Shown: positions 35,769 through 38,707 of the stretch, in pieces
Layout: each line of letters begins with the position of its first letter
How positions within the stretch are numbered: the stretch's first letter is position 1
Source: Methanosarcinales archaeon
Lineage (GTDB): Archaea > Halobacteriota > Methanosarcinia > Methanosarcinales > Methanogasteraceae
Assembly (NCBI GenBank): GCA_030625165.1
Contig: DAOURL010000003.1
Location: 1 to 38,707 of the forward strand
Direction: 5' to 3'
DNA: 38,707 nt
Translations under genes and position numbers: made by a program
The notes under the pieces: model-generated
What the model was told of the DNA's origin: nothing
What the model saw: the letters and a program-made list of their open reading frames with translations, nothing else
Database searches by the model: none

Positions 35769-36662
35769 ATGGATTTGAATGAACTCAGGCACGGTACCGA
35801 ACTGTTGAAGCGGGGGTTCGCTGCCATGCAGAAGGGCGGCGTGATCATGGACGTGACGACGCCTGCGCAGGCGGTCCTTGCAGAAGGGGCTGGTGCGGTT
35901 GCTGTGATGGCGCTCCACGCGGTTCCATCCGAGATCAGGAAGCAGGGCGGTGTTGCGAGGATGGCTGACCCGCAGATCGTCTGTGAGATCATCGACTCGG
36001 TAACGATTCCTGTGATGGCAAAGGCGAGGATCGGGCACACCATGGAAGCACGGATCCTCGAGGCGATCGGTGCTGATATGCTCGATGAATCGGAGGTGCT
36101 GACGCCTGCTGACGAATTCCATATCGATAAGACCGAATTCACAGTACCATTCGTGTGCGGCGCACGCAATCTCGGCGAGGCGCTCCGGCGTATAGCAGAG
36201 GGTGCCGCGATGATCAGGACGAAAGGAGAAGCAGGCACCGGCGATGTGAGGGAAGCGGTCAGGCATACGAAACTGATCGGGGGAAGCATCCGGTCCCTGA
36301 AAGGGAAGAACAAGGAGGAACTTGCAAGAGTTGCAAGGGAGATCGAGGCACCATTCGAACTGGTCGAGGAGACCGCGAAACTCCAGCGGCTGCCAGTGGT
36401 CAACTTTGCAGCAGGCGGAGTTGCAACTCCTGCCGATGCGGCACTGATGATGCAACTCGGAGTGGACGGCGTCTTTGTTGGATCAGGGATTTTTACGGCA
36501 GAGAATCCGGAAAAGATGGCGAACGCGATCGTAGAAGCTGTCAATAACTACGATAAGCCAGATGTTCTCGCCGAGATCTCGAAGGGTCTCGGAGACCAGA
36601 TGAAAGGGATCGATATCAGGACGCTTTCTGACGTGGAGACGTTGCAGACGCGCGGCTGGTGA
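35769..36662 (+). CDS. pdxS: Pyridoxal 5'-phosphate synthase lyase subunit
   Basis: [58 protein letters not shown] end. Confidence 0.97.
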   Translation: MDLNELRHGTELLKRGFAAMQKGGVIMDVTTPAQAVLAEGAGAVAVMALHAVPSEIRKQGGVARMADPQIVCEIIDSVTIPVMAKARIGHTMEARILEAIGADMLDESEVLTPADEFHIDKTEFTVPFVCGARNLGEALRRIAEGAAMIRTKGEAGTGDVREAVRHTKLIGGSIRSLKGKNKEELARVAREIEAPFELVEETAKLQRLPVVNFAAGGVATPADAALMMQLGVDGVFVGSGIFTAENPEKMANAIVEAVNNYDKPDVLAEISKGLGDQMKGIDIRTLSDVETLQTRGW

Positions 36663-37485
36663 GACATTCTATCAGGGACTCGGATAGCTCCATCTCCCTG
36701 ATAACATCCGGAAGAGACGAGATATCCGGTATAAGTATATCCGCGCTATCGCATAATTTCTGCAATTTAGCAGAACACTGCTGCATCGTCAGCACTCCCA
36801 CATCTGCTGCCCTGATCGCGCGAAGGTCGTTAATCTCGTCGCCGACCATGACGACCGTGTCATGAGTTTTCTGTAGATCCAGGATGAGACGTTCCTTGAT
36901 GTGCGGGGTTGCAACCGGAACCACATGATCGTGCGGAATCTTCAGACGATCCGCAAGCACTGATAGATTTCGCATACTGTCGCCGGATGCGATGTATAGG
37001 TCTGCGCAATCTGCAAGTTTTGCAATCGTTGCTTCTGCGCCATCGAAGAGTTTTCCGCCTGAACATACCACGTAATGAATCGCTCCGGTGGGCACGTCGA
37101 TCACGAATCCGGTTCCGATATAAAAGACGTCTTTGCACTTCTCTCTCACCGCTGCTACCACATCCAAGAGATCGGAGATGCGAGCGCCTCCTGAATTGCG
37201 TTTTAACATATTCAGGACATCGTCAGTCGTGATATCATCGCTTGCACAGCCGATGTTTATGTCGATCTCGTTTTCACTAAGAAAAAGCGGCAGAACCTGG
37301 TCCGGCGGATAGTTCGGGAGCATATCCGGCGGCAGATCAATTGCAACGAGCGCCTGGGACTCGCGGACGAGATGCAGGGCGACGGTATCATAAAGCGTGC
37401 CTCCGCTCTCCATGTCCTTTGCCACCCTGTACGTATGCATCAGCGTACCGGATGAGTCAAAGACGATCGCAACACGGTGGGTCAT
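36616..37485 (-). CDS. HAD-superfamily hydrolase (soluble P-type-ATPase-like); start uncertain (37485 or 37527)
   Basis: VFDSSGTL (motif I), IASGD (II), K (III), [11 protein letters not shown] (IV). Confidence 0.82.
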   Translation of the reverse strand: MTHRVAIVFDSSGTLMHTYRVAKDMESGGTLYDTVALHLVRESQALVAIDLPPDMLPNYPPDQVLPLFLSENEIDINIGCASDDITTDDVLNMLKRNSGGARISDLLDVVAAVREKCKDVFYIGTGFVIDVPTGAIHYVVCSGGKLFDGAEATIAKLADCADLYIASGDSMRNLSVLADRLKIPHDHVVPVATPHIKERLILDLQKTHDTVVMVGDEINDLRAIRAADVGVLTMQQCSAKLQKLCDSADILIPDISSLPDVIREMELSESLIECLTSRASATSPRQKAS

Positions 37486-37616
37486 CTGTACTGATGGTTG
37501 CTGCGCGGGTATTAATGGTTTTCTCATGACCGTATCCCCGGACCCACGCAACTGCTCGCCCCCCATCCCCGCGAACCGAAATGTTCATAATCAATCCGCA
37601 GCAATCAGAGACCTGC

Positions 37617-37688
37617 GCCTCGGTGGCTTAGCGGTATAGCGCGTCCTTGGTAAGGACGAGGTCGCGGGTTCAATTCCCGCCCGAGGCT
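37617..37688 (+). tRNA. tRNA-Thr (anticodon GGT)
   Basis: Acceptor GCCTCGG/CCGAGGC, anticodon arm CGTCC-TTGGTAA-GGACG, T arm GCGGG-TTCAATT-CCCGC. Confidence 0.95.
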
Positions 37689-38296
37689 TGTTAAGATTTT
37701 TTGAGGTATCCTCGATCCCTGATCTTCAAACCGCATACCAGATCCAGGTGATGCGCTTTCAGCGGCTTGACCACACATTCGCTCTTTGGTAGCTGCCTTG
37801 TTTCAGATCGTCCCTCTCAGCAGACGGCAGGATTGCGTCTGTGCGGGATTGCGTCTGTTGCTGCTACTACAACCTGAATCGTGATGATACTTGGCACGTC
37901 AAAACCGATAGCGACACGCCTTTCAGATGACAGTCTGCCTTCACCGAGGGTGGCACAGGGTTTTAGCTGGTATGACGCGCGACCGGTAACTTTTTATACT
38001 ATGGACAACACAATTGTTATTATTATGAGATGTGTGCGGGGAGTGGGGGCATTTTCCTTTGCGCATCTCATAATGATACTGATCTACGGGGCTACTGAAA
38101 TGTGTAGCACTGCACTTCTAAAAAACATATAACAACCGGTACAACGGGTATCTGCTGGCAATCACGTCTATATCGCTTTTGCTTTTTCGCATTGACATCC
38201 GGAACTTTTGCGGTTCCATTCACATCCAACGAACAGATTTCGCACACATCTAACGAGTTATCTGCTGCAGGGTCGGGGGTCTTGCTGCAGGAGTGA

Positions 38297-38626
38297 ATGG
38301 GGTGCAAACAGGAATTGTGCAATAGATTTATTGGTTTTCCACCAACTGTTCTATATGATGAATTTAAAAAAAATTCCCCCCGGATTGCACTCGGCATCTG
38401 GGCATCATCAGTCCTCTTAATCGGCGTATCAATCTACTGGTTTATGGGCAAACCAGCAGATATGTTTCGGGCAGTCGGGTCGCTGGTGGTTCTAAGCATG
38501 TTAACGATTAGCCTGATCTGGTACATAACTACAAAGCAGATTGATAGGATGGACAAGGGCAAAAAACTTGCCGGGGCAGTAGGCATTCTCGAAGGAAAGA
38601 TTATTCGTAACTACACAGGTACCTAA
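38297..38626 (+). CDS. Hypothetical membrane protein (2 TM), possibly the 3' remnant of a degraded gene
   Basis: Two hydrophobic segments; ATG directly preceded by an in-frame TGA; upstream hydrophobic fragments in other frames. Confidence 0.4.
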   Translation: MGCKQELCNRFIGFPPTVLYDEFKKNSPRIALGIWASSVLLIGVSIYWFMGKPADMFRAVGSLVVLSMLTISLIWYITTKQIDRMDKGKKLAGAVGILEGKIIRNYTGT

Positions 38627-38707
38627 ACCACTATCGGGGGACTTCACTATGCAGGGACTACCCGAGACATGGGCATACTGTAACCAAACAGGGAATTTAA
38701 CCGCAGA

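Noticed and set aside
35499-36544. Long antisense ORFs opposite pdxS, and similar ones opposite other core genes
   Set aside because: Antisense shadows of well-supported genes.
36616-36662. 47-bp convergent overlap of pdxS and the HAD gene
   Set aside because: Short tail-to-tail overlaps are common and the HAD tail looks like a simple stop-codon extension.
3508-38626. Genome-wide TAG-to-pyrrolysine recoding
   Set aside because: The APH-like, Lrp and RelE-like genes end in TAG at plausible C-termini, and no core gene here contains an internal TAG.

Overview
Chromosomal window from a methane-metabolising euryarchaeon, most likely Methanosarcinales and possibly an ANME-2-type organism (inferred from MC1, cdhD, cfbB, ccmC, hxlB and split rpoA'/A''). 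The backbone is housekeeping: pyk, psmB, aCPSF1, MC1, rpl3/rpl4, mtnP/mtaD/hxlB, moeA, cdhD, rpoA'/A'', ccmC, pheT, cfbB, pdxS, tRNA-Ser(CGA) and tRNA-Thr(GGT). Many of these sit apart from their usual operon partners. Accessory elements are: (i) the 5' half of a group II intron whose EBS1 matches a short repeat motif at its insertion site; (ii) a ~3.3 kb integrase-free island bounded by a 104-bp diverged duplication of the pyk 3' end, carrying a PIN toxin-antitoxin pair and a KAP-family NTPase fused to ~8.5 HEAT repeats and interrupted by one in-frame TAG (best candidate for an undescribed defence system); (iii) an AT-rich Panacea/RelE-like toxin-antitoxin pair; (iv) a SatD cassette with three 27-bp-phased palindromic boxes, bounded by a 12-bp duplication of the cfbB 3' end; (v) a family of short inverted-repeat (MITE-like) elements. 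Two small Cys-rich ORFs lie between rpoA'' and ccmC. All assignments come from reading motifs by eye; no searches were run.
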